Below are positions 1 to 13,299 of a stretch of 64,000 nt of DNA, piece by piece. Location: contig JBHGNT010000024.1 of the NCBI GenBank assembly GCA_043228905.1, positions 1 to 64,000 of the forward strand, written 5' to 3'. Within the stretch, counting starts at the first letter, position 1. Each line of letters opens with the position of its first letter. The notes below the pieces were generated by a model. That model made no database searches, was not told where the DNA came from, and saw nothing but the letters and a program-made list of their open reading frames with translations. Source of the DNA: Azolla caroliniana (lineage: Eukaryota > Plantae > Polypodiophyta). The translations under genes and the position numbers were made by a program.

Positions 1-498
1 CTTGATTTTTTAATTTCATATCATAGCTAGTGTTGTTAGCTTCGATTCGCATGTTTGAACACAAAAATCCGATATAACACGAGCCAGGTATGAACATTTT
101 AATTTACCTACTAGCTCTTCGCAACTCACTCCTCACATTTGGTAATTTCGTCATGTCTCTCGACCTGAGTTTCAAAATCTTGATTTTTTATTTCCATATC
201 ATAGGTAGCGTTGTTAGCTTCGATACGCATGTTTGAACACAAAAATTGGATATCACACGAGCCCGGTATGAACATTTTAAATTACTGAAGGGCTCCTCTC
301 AACTCACTCCTCAAATTTGGTAATTTCGTCATGTCTCTCGACCTGAGTTTCAAAATCTTGATTTTTTAATTCCATATCATAGCTAGCGTTGTTAGCTTCG
401 ATTCGCATGTTTGAACACAATAATCCGATATCACACGAGCCAGGTATGAACATTTTAATTTACTCAAGGGCTCCTATCAACTCACTCCTCAAATTTGG
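1..498 (-). repeat. Same 178-bp satellite in inverted orientation (about 2.8 monomers, runs off the left edge)
   Basis: Reads as the reverse complement of the monomer (e.g. TTTACTCAAGGGCTCC, CACACGAGCCAGGTATGAACATTTTAATTT) up to ...CTCCTCAAATTTGG at 498. Confidence 0.97.
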
Positions 499-500
499 AA
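476..500. other. Inversion junction; 24-nt spacer between inverted arms
   Basis: ...AAGGGCTCCT(475) ATCAACTCACTCCTCAAATTTGGA (500)AGGAGCCCTT...; the minus-strand match ends at 498, one unmatched A at 499, the plus-strand match starts at 500. Confidence 0.93.
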
Positions 501-1359
501 GGAGCCCTTGAGTAAATTAACATGTTCATACCTGGCTCGTGTTATATCGGATTTTTGTGTTCAAACATGCGAATCGAAGCTAACAACCCTAGCTATGATA
601 TGGAATTAAAAAATCAAGATTTGAAACTCAGGTCGAGAGACATGACGAAATTACCAAATTTGAATAGTGAGTTGAGAGGAGCCCTTGAGTAAATTAAAAT
701 GGTCATACCTGGCTCGTGTGATATCGGATTTTTGTGTTCAAACATGCGAATCGAAGCTAACAACGCTAGCTATGATATGGAATTAAAAAATCAAGATTTT
801 GAAACTCAGGTCAATAGATATGACGAAATTACGAAATTTGAGGAGTGAGTTGAGAGGAGCCCTTGAGTAAATTAAAATGTTCATACCTGGCTCGTGTGAT
901 ATCCGATTTTTGGGTTCAAACTTGCGTATCGAAGCTAACAACGCTACCTATGATATGGAATTAAAAAATCAAGATTTTGAAACTCAGGTCGAGAGACATG
1001 ACGAAATTACCAAATGTGAGGAGTTGAGAAGAGCTAGGAGGTAAATTAAAATGTTCATACCTGGCTCGTGTGATATCGGATTTTTGTGTTCAAACATGCG
1101 AATCGAAGCTAACAACGCTAGCTATGATATGGAATTAAAAAATCAAGATTTTGAAACACAGGTCGAGAGACATGACCAAATTACCAAATGTGAGGAGTGA
1201 GTTGAGAAGAGCTAGTATGTAAATTAAAATGTTCATACCTGGCTCGTGTGATATCGGATTTTTGTGTTCAAACATGCGAATCGAAGCTAACAACGCTACC
1301 TATGATATGGAATTATAAAATCAAAGATTTTGAAAATACTGGTCGAGAGACATGAGTAA

Positions 1360-4300
1360 TACCAAATTTGAGGAGGGAGTTGAGAGGAGCCGTTGAGTAA
1401 ATTAAAATGTTCATACCTGGCTCGTGTGATATCGGATTTTTGTGTTCAAACATGCGAATCGAAGCTAACAACGCTAGCTATGATATGGAAATAAAAAATC
1501 AAGATTTTCAAAGTTAGGTCGAGAGACATGACCAAATTACCATATTTGAGGAGTGAGTTGAGAGGAGCCCTTGAGTAAATTAAAATGTTCATACCTGGCT
1601 CGTGTGATATCGGATTTTTGTGTTCAAACATGCGAATCGAAGCTAACAACGCTAGCTATGATATAGAATTAAAAAATCAAGATTTTGAGACTTAGGTCGA
1701 CAGACATGATGAAATTACCAAATTTGAGGAGTGAGTTGATAGGAGCCCTTGAGTAAATTAAAATGTTCATACCTGGCTCGTGTGATATCGGATTATTGTG
1801 TTCAAACATGCGAATCGAAGCTAACAACGCTAGCTATGATATGGAATTAAAAAATCAAGATTTTGAAACTCAGGTCGAGAGACATGACGAAATTACCAAA
1901 TTTGAGGAGTGAGTTGAGAAGAGCTAGTAGGTAAATTAAAATGTTCATACCTGGCTCGTGTGATATCGGATTTTTGTGTTCAAACATGCGAATCGAAGCT
2001 AACAACGCTACCTATGGTATGGAAATAAAAAATCAAGATTTTGAAACTCAGGACGAGAGACATGACGAAATTACCAAATTTGAGGAGTCATTTAAGAAAA
2101 GCTAGTAGGTAAATTAAAATGTTCATATCTGGCTCGTGTGATATCGGATTCTTGTGTTCAAACCTACGAATCGAAGCTAACAACACTAGCTATGATATGG
2201 AATTATAAAATCAAGATTTTGAAACTCAGGTCGACAGACATGACGAGGTAAATTAAAATGTTCATACCTGACTCGTGTGATATCCGATTTTTGTGTTCAA
2301 ACATGCGAATCGAAGCTAACAACGCTAGCTATGATTTGGAAATAAAAAATCAAGATTTTGAAACTCAGGTCGAGAGACATGACGAAATTACCAAATGTGA
2401 GTAGTGAGTTGAGAGGAGCCCTTGAGTAAATTAAAATGTTCATACTTGGCTCGTGTGATATCGGATTTTTGTGTTCAAAAATGCGAATCGAAGCTAACAA
2501 CGCTAGCTATGATATGGAATTAAAAAATCAAGATTTTGAAACTCAGGTCAAGAGACATGACGAAATTACCAAATTTGAGTAGTGAGTTGCGAGGAGCCCT
2601 TGAGTAAATTAACATGTTCATACCTGGCTCGTGTTATATCGGATTTTTGTGTTCAAACATGCGAATCGAAGCTAACAACGCTAGCTATGATATGGAATTA
2701 AAAAATCAAGATTTTGAAACTCAGGTCGAGAGACATGACGAAATTACCAAATTTGAGGAGTCAGTTGAGAGGAGCCCTTGAGTAAAATAAAATGTTCGTA
2801 CCTCGCTCGTGTAATATCGGGTTTTTTTGTTCAAACATGCGAATCGAAGCTAAGAACAGTAGCTATGATATGGAATTAAAAAATCAAGATTTTGAAAAAC
2901 AGGTCGAGAGACATGACGAAATTACCAAATTTGAGGAGGGAGTTGAGAGGAGCCGTTGAGTAAATTAAAATGTTCATACCTGGCTCGTGTGATATCGGAT
3001 TTTTGTGTTCAAACATGCGAATCGAAGCTAACAACGCTAGCTATGATATGGAAATAAAAAATCAAGATTTTCAAAGTTAGGTCGAGAGACATGACCAAAT
3101 TACCATATTTGAGGAGTGAGTTGAGAGGAGCCCTTGAGTAAATTAAAATGTTCATACCTGGCTCGTGTGATATCGGATTTTTGTGTTCAAACATGCGAAT
3201 CGAAGCTAACAACGCTAGCTATGATATAGAATTAAAAAATCAAGATTTTGAGACTTAGGTCGACAGACATGATGAAATTACCAAATTTGAGGAGTGAGTT
3301 GATAGGAGCCCTTGAGTAAATTAAAATGTTCATACCTGGCTCGTGTGATATCGGATTATTGTGTTCAAACATGCGAATCGAAGCTAACAACGCTAGCTAT
3401 GATATGGAATTAAAAAATCAAGATTTTGAAACTCAGGTCGAGAGACATGACGAAATTACCAAATTTGAGGAGTGAGTTGAGAAGAGCTAGTAGGTAAATT
3501 AAAATGTTCATACCTGGCTCGTGTGATATCGGATTTTTGTGTTCAAACATGCGAATCGAAGCTAACAACGCTACCTATGGTATGGAAATAAAAAATCAAG
3601 ATTTTGAAACTCAGGACGAGAGACATGACGAAATTACCAAATTTGAGGAGTCATTTAAGAAAAGCTAGTAGGTAAATTAAAATGTTCATATCTGGCTCGT
3701 GTGATATCGGATTCTTGTGTTCAAACCTACGAATCGAAGCTAACAACACTAGCTATGATATGGAATTATAAAATCAAGATTTTGAAACTCAGGTCGACAG
3801 ACATGACGAGGTAAATTAAAATGTTCATACCTGACTCGTGTGATATCCGATTTTTGTGTTCAAACATGCGAATCGAAGCTAACAACGCTAGCTATGATTT
3901 GGAAATAAAAAATCAAGATTTTGAAACTCAGGTCGAGAGACATGACGAAATTACCAAATGTGAGTAGTGAGTTGAGAGGAGCCCTTGAGTAAATTAAAAT
4001 GTTCATACTTGGCTCGTGTGATATCGGATTTTTGTGTTCAAAAATGCGAATCGAAGCTAACAACGCTAGCTATGATATGGAATTAAAAAATCAAGATTTT
4101 GAAACTCAGGTCAAGAGACATGACGAAATTACCAAATTTGAGTAGTGAGTTGCGAGGAGCCCTTGAGTAAATTAACATGTTCATACCTGGCTCGTGTTAT
4201 ATCGGATTTTTGTGTTCAAACATGCGAATCGAAGCTAACAACGCTAGCTATGATATGGAATTAAAAAATCAAGATTTTGAAACTCAGGTCGAGAGACATG

Positions 4301-5460
4301 ACGAAATTACCAAATTTGAGGAGTCAGTTGAGAGGAGCCCTTGAGTAAAATAAAATGTTCGTACCTCGCTCGTGTAATATCGGGTTTTTTTGTTCAAACA
4401 TGCGAATCGAAGCTAAGAACAGTAGCTATGATATGGAATTAAAAAATCAAGATTTTGAAAAACAGGTCGAGAGACATGACGAAATTACCAAATTTGAGGA
4501 GGGAGTTGAGAGGAGCCGTTGAGTAAATTAAAATGTTCATACCTGGCTCGTGTGATATCGGATTTTTGTGTTCAAACATGCGAATCGAAGCTAACAACGC
4601 TAGCTATGATATGGAAATAAAAAATCAAGATTTTCAAAGTTAGGTCGAGAGACATGACCAAATTACCATATTTGAGGAGTGAGTTGAGAGGAGCCCTTGA
4701 GTAAATTAAAATGTTCATACCTGGCTCGTGTGATATCGGATTTTTGTGTTCAAACATGCGAATCGAAGCTAACAACGCTAGCTATGATATAGAATTAAAA
4801 AATCAAGATTTTGAGACTTAGGTCGACAGACATGATGAAATTACCAAATTTGAGGAGTGAGTTGATAGGAGCCCTTGAGTAAATTAAAATGTTCATACCT
4901 GGCTCGTGTGATATCGGATTATTGTGTTCAAACATGCGAATCGAAGCTAACAACGCTAGCTATGATATGGAATTAAAAAATCAAGATTTTGAAACTCAGG
5001 TCGAGAGACATGACGAAATTACCAAATTTGAGGAGTGAGTTGAGAAGAGCTAGTAGGTAAATTAAAATGTTCATACCTGGCTCGTGTGATATCGGATTTT
5101 TGTGTTCAAACATGCGAATCGAAGCTAACAACGCTACCTATGGTATGGAAATAAAAAATCAAGATTTTGAAACTCAGGACGAGAGACATGACGAAATTAC
5201 CAAATTTGAGGAGTCATTTAAGAAAAGCTAGTAGGTAAATTAAAATGTTCATATCTGGCTCGTGTGATATCGGATTCTTGTGTTCAAACCTACGAATCGA
5301 AGCTAACAACACTAGCTATGATATGGAATTATAAAATCAAGATTTTGAAACTCAGGTCGACAGACATGACGAGGTAAATTAAAATGTTCATACCTGACTC
5401 GTGTGATATCCGATTTTTGTGTTCAAACATGCGAATCGAAGCTAACAACGCTAGCTATGA
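1360..5460 (+). repeat. 9-mer higher-order repeat, 1563 bp (8x178 + one 139-bp monomer), about 2.6 near-identical copies
   Basis: Identical ORFs at 1446/3009/4572 and 2297/3860 (spacing 1563); deletion junctions at ~2246, 3809, 5372; private variants (CAGGACGAG, TCATTTAAGAAAA, AAACCTACG) recur at the same period. Confidence 0.92.
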
Positions 5461-6899
5461 TATGGAAATAAAAAATCAAGATTTTGAAACTCAGGTCGAG
5501 AGACATGACGAAATTACCAAATTTGAGGAGTGAGTTAAGAGGAGCCCTTGAGTAAATTAAAATGGTCATACCTGGCTCGTGTGATATCGGATTTTTGTGT
5601 TCAAACATGCGAATCGAAGCTAACAACGCTAGCTATGATATGGAATTAAAAAATCAAGATTTTGAAACTCAGGTCAATAGATATGACGAAATTACGAAAT
5701 TTGAGGAGTGAGTTGAGAGGAGCCCTTGAGTAAATTAAAATGTTCATACCTGGCTCGTGTGATATCCGATTTTTGTGTTCAAACATGCGTATCGAAGCTA
5801 ACAACGCTACCTATGATATGGAAATAAAAAATGAAGATTTTGAAACTCAGGTTGAGAGACATGACGAAATTACCAAATTTGAGGAGTCAGTTGAGAGGAG
5901 CCCTTGAGTAAAATAAAATGTTCGTACCTCGCTCGTGTAATATCGGGTTTTTTTGTTCAAACATGCGAATCGAAGCTAAGAACAGTAGCTATGATATGGA
6001 ATTAAAAAATCAAGATTTTGAAAAACAGGTCGAGAGACATGACGAAATTACCAAATTTGAGGAGGGAGTTGAGAGGAGCCCTTGAGTAAATTAAAATGTT
6101 CATACCTGGCTCGTGTGATATCGGATTTTTGTGTTCAAACATGCGAATCGAAGCTAACAACGCTAGCTATGATATCGAATTAAAAAATCAAGATTTTCAA
6201 ACTCAGGTCGAGAGACATGACGAAATTACCAAATTTGAGGAGTGAGTTGAGAAGAGCTAGTAGATAAATTAAAATGTTCATACGTGGCTCGTGTGATATC
6301 GGATTTTTGTGTTCAAACATACGTATCGAAGCTAACAACGCTAGCTATGATATAGAATTAAAAAATCAAGATTTTGAGACTTAGGTCGACAGACATGATG
6401 AAATTACCAAATTTGAGGAGTGAGTTGATAGGAGCCCTTGAGTAAATTAAAATGTTCATACCTGGCTCGTGTGATATCGGATTATTGTGTTCAAACATGC
6501 GAATCGAAGCTAACAACGCTAGCTATGATATGGAATTAAAAAATCAAGATTTTGAAACTCAGGTCGAGAGACATGACGAAATTACCAAATTTGAGGAGTG
6601 AGTTGAGAGGAGCCCTTTAGTAATTTAAAATGTTCATACCTGGCTCGTGTGATATCCAATTTTTGTGTTCAAACATGCGTATCGAAGCTAACAACGCTAC
6701 CTATGATATGGAAATAAAAAATCAAGATTTTGAAACTCAGGTCGAGAGACATGACGAAATTACCAAATGTGAGGAGTGAGTTGAGAAGAGCTAGTAGGTA
6801 AATTAAAATGTTCATACATGGCTCGTGTTATATCGGATTTTTGTGTTCAAACATGCGAATCGAAGCTAACAACGCTAGCTATGATATGAAATTAAAAAA

Positions 6900-8700
6900 T
6901 CAAGATTTTGAAACTCAGGTCGAGAGACATGACCAAATTACCATATTTGAGGAGTGAGTTGAGAGGAGCCCTTGAGTAAATTAAAATGTTCATACCTGGC
7001 TCGTGTGATATCCGATTTTTGTGTTCGAACATGCGTATCGAAGCTAACAACGCTAGCTATGATATAGAATTAAAAAATGAAGATTTTGAAACTCAGGTCG
7101 AGAGACATGACGAAATTACCAAATTTGAGGAGTGAGTTGAGAAGAGCTAGTAGGTAAATTAAAATGTTCATACCTGGCTCGTGTTATATCGGATTTTTGT
7201 GTTCAAACATGCGAATCAAAGCTAACAACGCTAGCTATGATATGGAATTAAAAAATCAAGATTTTGAAACTCAGGTCGAGAGACATGACCAAATTACCAT
7301 ATTTGAGGAGTGAGTTGAGAGGAGCCCTTGAGTAAATTAAAATGTTCATACCTGGCTCGTGTGATATCCGATTTTTGTGTTCAAACATGCGTATCGAAGC
7401 TAACAACGCTACCTATGATATGGAAATAAAAAATCAAGATTTTGAATCTCAGGTCGAGAGACATGACGAAATTACCAAATGTGAGTAGTGAGTTGAGAGG
7501 AGCCCTTGAGTAAATTAAAATGTTCATACCTGGCTCGTGTGATATCGGATTTTTGTGTTCAAACATGCGAATCGAAGCTAACAACGCTAGCTATGATATG
7601 GAATTAAAAAATCAAGATTTTGAAACTCAGGTCAAGAGACATGACGAAATTACCAAATTTGAGTAGTGAGTTGCGAGGAGCCCTTGAGTAAATTAACATG
7701 TTCATACCTGGCTCGTGTTATATCGGATTTTTGTGTTCAAACATGCGAATCGAAGCTAACAACGCTAGCTATGATATGGAATTAAAAAATCAAGATTTTG
7801 ATACTCAGGTCGAGAGAGATGACCAAATTACCATATTTGAGGAGTGAGTTGAGAGGAGCCCTTGAGTAAATTAAAATGTTCATACCTGGCTCGTGTGATA
7901 TCCGATTTTTGTGTTCAAACATACGTATCGAAGCTAACAACGCTAGCTATGATATAGAATTAAAAAATGAAGATTTTGAAACTCAGGTCGAGAGACATGA
8001 CGAAATTACCAAATTTGAGGAGTGAGTTGAGAAGAGCTAGTAGGTAAATTAAAATGTTCATACCTGGCTCGTGTTATATCGGATTTTTGTGTTCAAACAT
8101 GCGAATGGAAGCTAAGAACGCTAGCTATGATATGGAATTAAAAAATCAAGATTTTGAAACTCAGGTCGAGAGACATGACCAAATTACCATATTTGAGGAG
8201 TGAGTTGAGAGGAGCCCTTGAGTAAATTAAAATGTTCTTACCTGGCTCGTGTGATATCCGATTTTTGTGTTCAAACATGCGTATCGAAGCTAACAACGCT
8301 ACCTATGATATGGAAATAAAAAATCAAGATTTTGAAACTCAGGTCGAGAGACATGACGAAATTACCAAATGTGAGTAGTGAGTTGAGAGGAGCCCTTGAG
8401 TAAATTAAAATGTTCATACGTGGCTCGTGTGATATCGGATTTTTGTGTTCAAACATGCGAATCGAAGCTAACAACGCTAGCTATGATATGGAATTAAAAA
8501 ATCAAGATTTTGAAACTCAGGTCAAGAGACATGACGAAATTACCAAATTTGAGTAGTGAGTTGCGAGGAGCCCTTGAGTAAATTAAAATGTTCATACCTG
8601 GCTCGTGTTATATCGGATTTTTATGTTCAAACATGCGAATCGAAGCTAACAACGCTAGCTATGATATGGAATTAAAAAATCAAGATTTTGATACCAAATT
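6900..8700 (+). repeat. 5-mer tandem duplication, 890 bp, 2 copies
   Basis: ORFs 7381/8271 are 890 apart; TAGAATTAAAAAATGAAG at ~7065 and ~7955; TTGCGAGGAG at ~7671 and ~8561. Confidence 0.8.
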
Positions 8701-11700
8701 CGAGAGAGATGACCAAATTACCATATTTGAGGAGTGAGTTGAGAGGAGCCCTTGAGTAAATGAAAATGTTCATACCTGGCTCGTGTCATATCCGATTTTT
8801 GTGTTCAAACATGCGTATCGAAGCTAACAACGCTACCTATGATATGGAAATAAAAAATCAAGATTTTGAAACTCAGGTCGAGAGACATGACGAAATTACC
8901 AAATGTGAGGAGTGAGTTGAGAAGAACCCTTGAGTAAATTAAAATGTACATACCTTGCTCGTGTGATATCGGATTTTTGTGTTCAAACATGCGAATCGAA
9001 GCTAACAACGCTAGCTATGATATGGAATTAAAAAATCAAGATTTTGAAACTCAGGTCGAGAGACATGACGAAATTACCAAATTTGAGGAGTTAGTTGAGT
9101 AAAGCTAGTAGGTAAATTAAAATGTTCATACCTGGCTCGTGTGATATCGGATTCTTGTGTTCAAACATGCGAATCGAAGCTAACAACGCTAGCTATGATA
9201 TAGAATTAAAAAATCAAGATTTTGAAACTCAGGTCTAGAGACATGACGAAATTACCAAATGTGAGGAGTGAGTTGAGAAGAGCTAGTAGGTAAATTAAAA
9301 TGTTCATACCTGGCTCGTGTGATATCGGATTTTTGTGTTCAAACATGCGAATCGAAGCTAACAACGCTAGCTATGATATGGAATTAAAAAATCAAGATTT
9401 TGAAACTCAGGTCGAGAGACATGACGAAATTACCAAATTTGAATAGTGAGTTGAGAGGAGCCCTTGAGTAAATTAAAATGTTCATACGTGGCTCGTGTGA
9501 TATCCGATTTTTGTGTTCAAACATGCGTATCGAAGCTAACAACGCTAGCTATGATATGGAATTAAAAAATCAAGATTTTGAAACTCAGGTCGAGAGACAT
9601 GACGAAATTACCAAATTTGAGGAGTCAGTTGAGAGGAGCCCTTGAGTAAAATAAAATGTTCGTACCTGGCTCGTGTAATATCGGGTTTTTTTGTTCAAAC
9701 ATGCGAATCGAAGCTAAGAACAGTAGCTATGATATGGAATTAAAAAATCAAGATTTTGAAAAACAGGTCGAGAGACATGACGAAATTACCAAATTTGAGG
9801 AGGGAGTTGAGAGGAGCCGTTGAGTAAATTAAAATGTTCATACCTGGCTCGTGTGATATCGGATTTTTGTGTTCACACATGCGAATCGAAGCTAACAACG
9901 CTAGCTATGATATCGAATTAAAAAATCAAGATTTTCAATGTTAGGTCGAGAGACATGACGAAATTACCAAATTTGAGGAGTGAGTTGAGAGGAGCCCTTG
10001 AGTAAATTAAAATGTTCATACCTGGCTCGTGTGATATCGGATTTTTGTGTTCAAACATGCGAATCGAAGCTAACAACACTAGCTATGATATGGAATTATA
10101 AAATCAAGATTTTGAAACTCAGGTCGACAGACATGACGAGGTAAATTAAAATGTTCATACCTGGCTCGTGTTATATCGGATTTTTGTGTTCAAACATGCG
10201 AATCGAAGCTAACAACGCTAGCTATGATATGGAATTAAAAAATCAAGATTTTGAAACTCAGTTCGAGAGACATGACCAAATTACCATATTTGAGGAGTGA
10301 GTTGTGAGGAGCCCTTGAGTAAATTAAAATGTTCATACCTGGCTCGTGTGATATCCGATTTTTGTGTTCAAACATGCGTATCGAAGCTAACAACGCTAGC
10401 TATGATATAGAATTAAAAAATGAAGATTTTGAAACTCAGGTCGAGAGACATGACGAAATTACCAAATGTGAGGAGTCAGTTGAGAAAAGCTAGTAGGTAA
10501 ATTAAAATGTTCATACCTGGCTCGTGTGATATCGGATTTTTGTGTTCAAACATGCGAATCGAAGCTAACAACGCTAGCTATGATATGGAATTAAAAAATC
10601 AAGATTTTGAAACTCAGGTCGAGAGACATGACGAAATTACCAAATGTGAGGAGTGAGTTGAGAAGAGCTGGTAGGTAAATGAAAATGTTCATACCTGGCT
10701 CGTGTGATATCGGATTTTTGTGTTCAAACATGCGAATCGAAGCTAACAACGCTAGCTATGATATGGAATTTAAAAATCAAGATTTTGAAAATCAGGTCGA
10801 GAGACATGACGAAATTACCAAATTTGAGGAGTGAGTTGAGAGGAGCCCTTGAGTAAATTAAAATGTTCCTACCTGGCTCGTGTGATATCCGATTTTTGGG
10901 TTCAAACATGCGTATCGAAGCTAACAACGCTACCTATGATATGGAATTAAAAAATCAAGATTTTGAAACTCAGGTCGAGAGACATGACGAAATTACCAAA
11001 TGTGAGGAGTTGAGAAGAGCTAGGAGGTAAATTAAAATGTTCATACCTGGCTCGTGTGATATCGGATTTTTGTGTTCAAACATGCGAATCGAAGCTAACA
11101 ACGCTAGCTATGATATGGAATTAAAAAATCAAGATTTTGAAACTCAGGTCGAGAGACATGACCAAATTACCAAATGTGAGGAGTGAGTTGAGAAGAGCTA
11201 GTATGTAAATTAAAATGTTCATACCTGGCTCGTGTGATATCGGATTTTTGTGTTCAAACATGCGAATCGAAGCTAACAACGCTACCTATGATATGGAATT
11301 ATAAAATCAAGATTTTGAAACTCAGGTCGAGAGACATGACGAAATTACCAAATGTGAGGAGTGAGTTGAGAAGAGCCCTTGAGTAAATTAAAATGTACAT
11401 ACCTTGCTCGTGTGATATCGGATTTTTGTGTTCAAACATGCGAATCGAAGCTAACAACGCTAGCTATGATATGGAATTAAAAAATCAAGATTTTGAAACT
11501 CAGGTCAAGAGACATGACGAAATTACCAAATTTGAGGAGTTAGTTGAGTAAAGCTAGTAGGTAAATTAAAATGTTCATACCTGGCTCGTGTGATATCGGC
11601 TTCTTGTGTTCAAACATGCGAATCGAAGCTAACAACGCTAGCTATGATATAGAATTAAAAAATCAAGATTTTGAAACTCAGGTCTAGAGACATGACGAAA

Positions 11701-13299
11701 TTACCAAATGTGAGGAGTGAGTTGAGAAGAGCTAGTAGGTAAATTAAAATGTTCATACCTGGCTCGTGTGATATCGGATTTTTGTGTTCAAACATGCGAA
11801 TCGAAGCTAACAACGCTAGCTATGATATGGAATTAAAAAATCAAGATTTTCAAAGTCAGGTCGAGAGACATGACGAAAATAGCAAACTTGAGGAGGGAGT
11901 TGAGAGGAGCCCTTGAGTAAATTAAAAAGTTCATACCTGGCTCGTGTGATATCGGATTTTTGTGTTCAAACTTGCAAATCGAAGCTAACAACGCTACCTA
12001 TGATACGGAATTAGAAAATCAAGATTTTAAAAGTCAAGTCCAGAGACATGACGAAATTACCAAATTTGAGGAGTGAGTTGAGAGGAGCCCTTGAGTAAAT
12101 TAAAATGTTCATACCTGGCTCGTGTGATATCGGATTTTTGTGTTCAAACATGCAAATCGAAGCTAACAACGCTAGCTATGATATAGAATTAAAAAATGAA
12201 GATTTTGAAACTCAGGTCGAGAGACATGACGAAATTACCAAATTTGAGGAGTCAGTTGAGAAAAGCTAGTAGGTAAATTAAAATGTTCATACCTGACTCG
12301 TGTGATATCGGATTTTTGTGTTCAAACATGCGAATCGAAGCTAACAACGCTAGCTCTGATATGGAAATAAAAAATCAAGATTTTCAAACTCAGGTCGAGA
12401 GACATGACGAAATTACCAAATTTGAGGAGTGAGTTGAGAGGAGCCCTTGAGTAAATCAAAATGGTCATACCTGGCTCGTGTGATATCGGATTTTTGTGTT
12501 CAAACATGCGAATCGAAGCTAACAACGCTAGCTATGATATAGAATTAAAAAATCAAGATTTTGAAACTCAGGTCTAGAGACATGACGAAATTACCAAATG
12601 TGAGGAGTGAGTTGAGAAGAGCTAGTAGGTAAATTAAAATGTTCATACCTGGCTCGTGTGATATCGGATTTTTGTGTTCAAACATGCGAATCGAAGCTAA
12701 CAACGCTAGCTATGATATGGAATTAAAAAATCAAGATTTTGAAACTCAGGTCGAGAGACATGACGAAATTACCAAATTTGAATAGTGAGTTGAGAGGAGC
12801 CCTTGAGTAAATTAAAATGTTCATACGTGGCTCGTGTGATATCCGATTTTTGTGTTCAAACATGCGTATCGAAGCTAACAACGCTAGCTATGATATGGAA
12901 TTAAAAAATCAAGATTTTGAAACTCAGGTCGAGAGACATGACGAAATTAGCAAACTTGAGGAGGGAGTTGAGAGGAGCCCTTGAGTAAATTAAAATGTTC
13001 GTACCTGGCTCGTGTAATATCGGGTTTTTTTGTTCAAACATGCGAATCGAAGCTAAGAACAGTAGCTATGATATGGAATTAAAAAATCAAGATTTTGAAA
13101 AACAGGTCGAGAGACATGACGAAATTACCAAATTTGAGGAGGGAGTTGAGAGGAGCCGTTGAGTAAATTAAAATGTTCATACCTGGCTCGTGTGATATCG
13201 GATTTTTGTGTTCACACATGCGAATCGAAGCTAACAACGCTAGCTATGATATCGAATTAAAAAATCAAGATTTTCAATGTTAGGTCGAGAGACATGACG

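Noticed and set aside
1-975. Inversion as a simple fold-back read artefact
   Set aside because: The arms differ at multiple diagnostic sites and the left arm matches 6407-6904 instead. A contig misjoin is still not excluded.
1540-1600. GGAG/AGGAG as Shine-Dalgarno sites or promoter-like AT tracts
   Set aside because: Part of every monomer, with no credible downstream gene.
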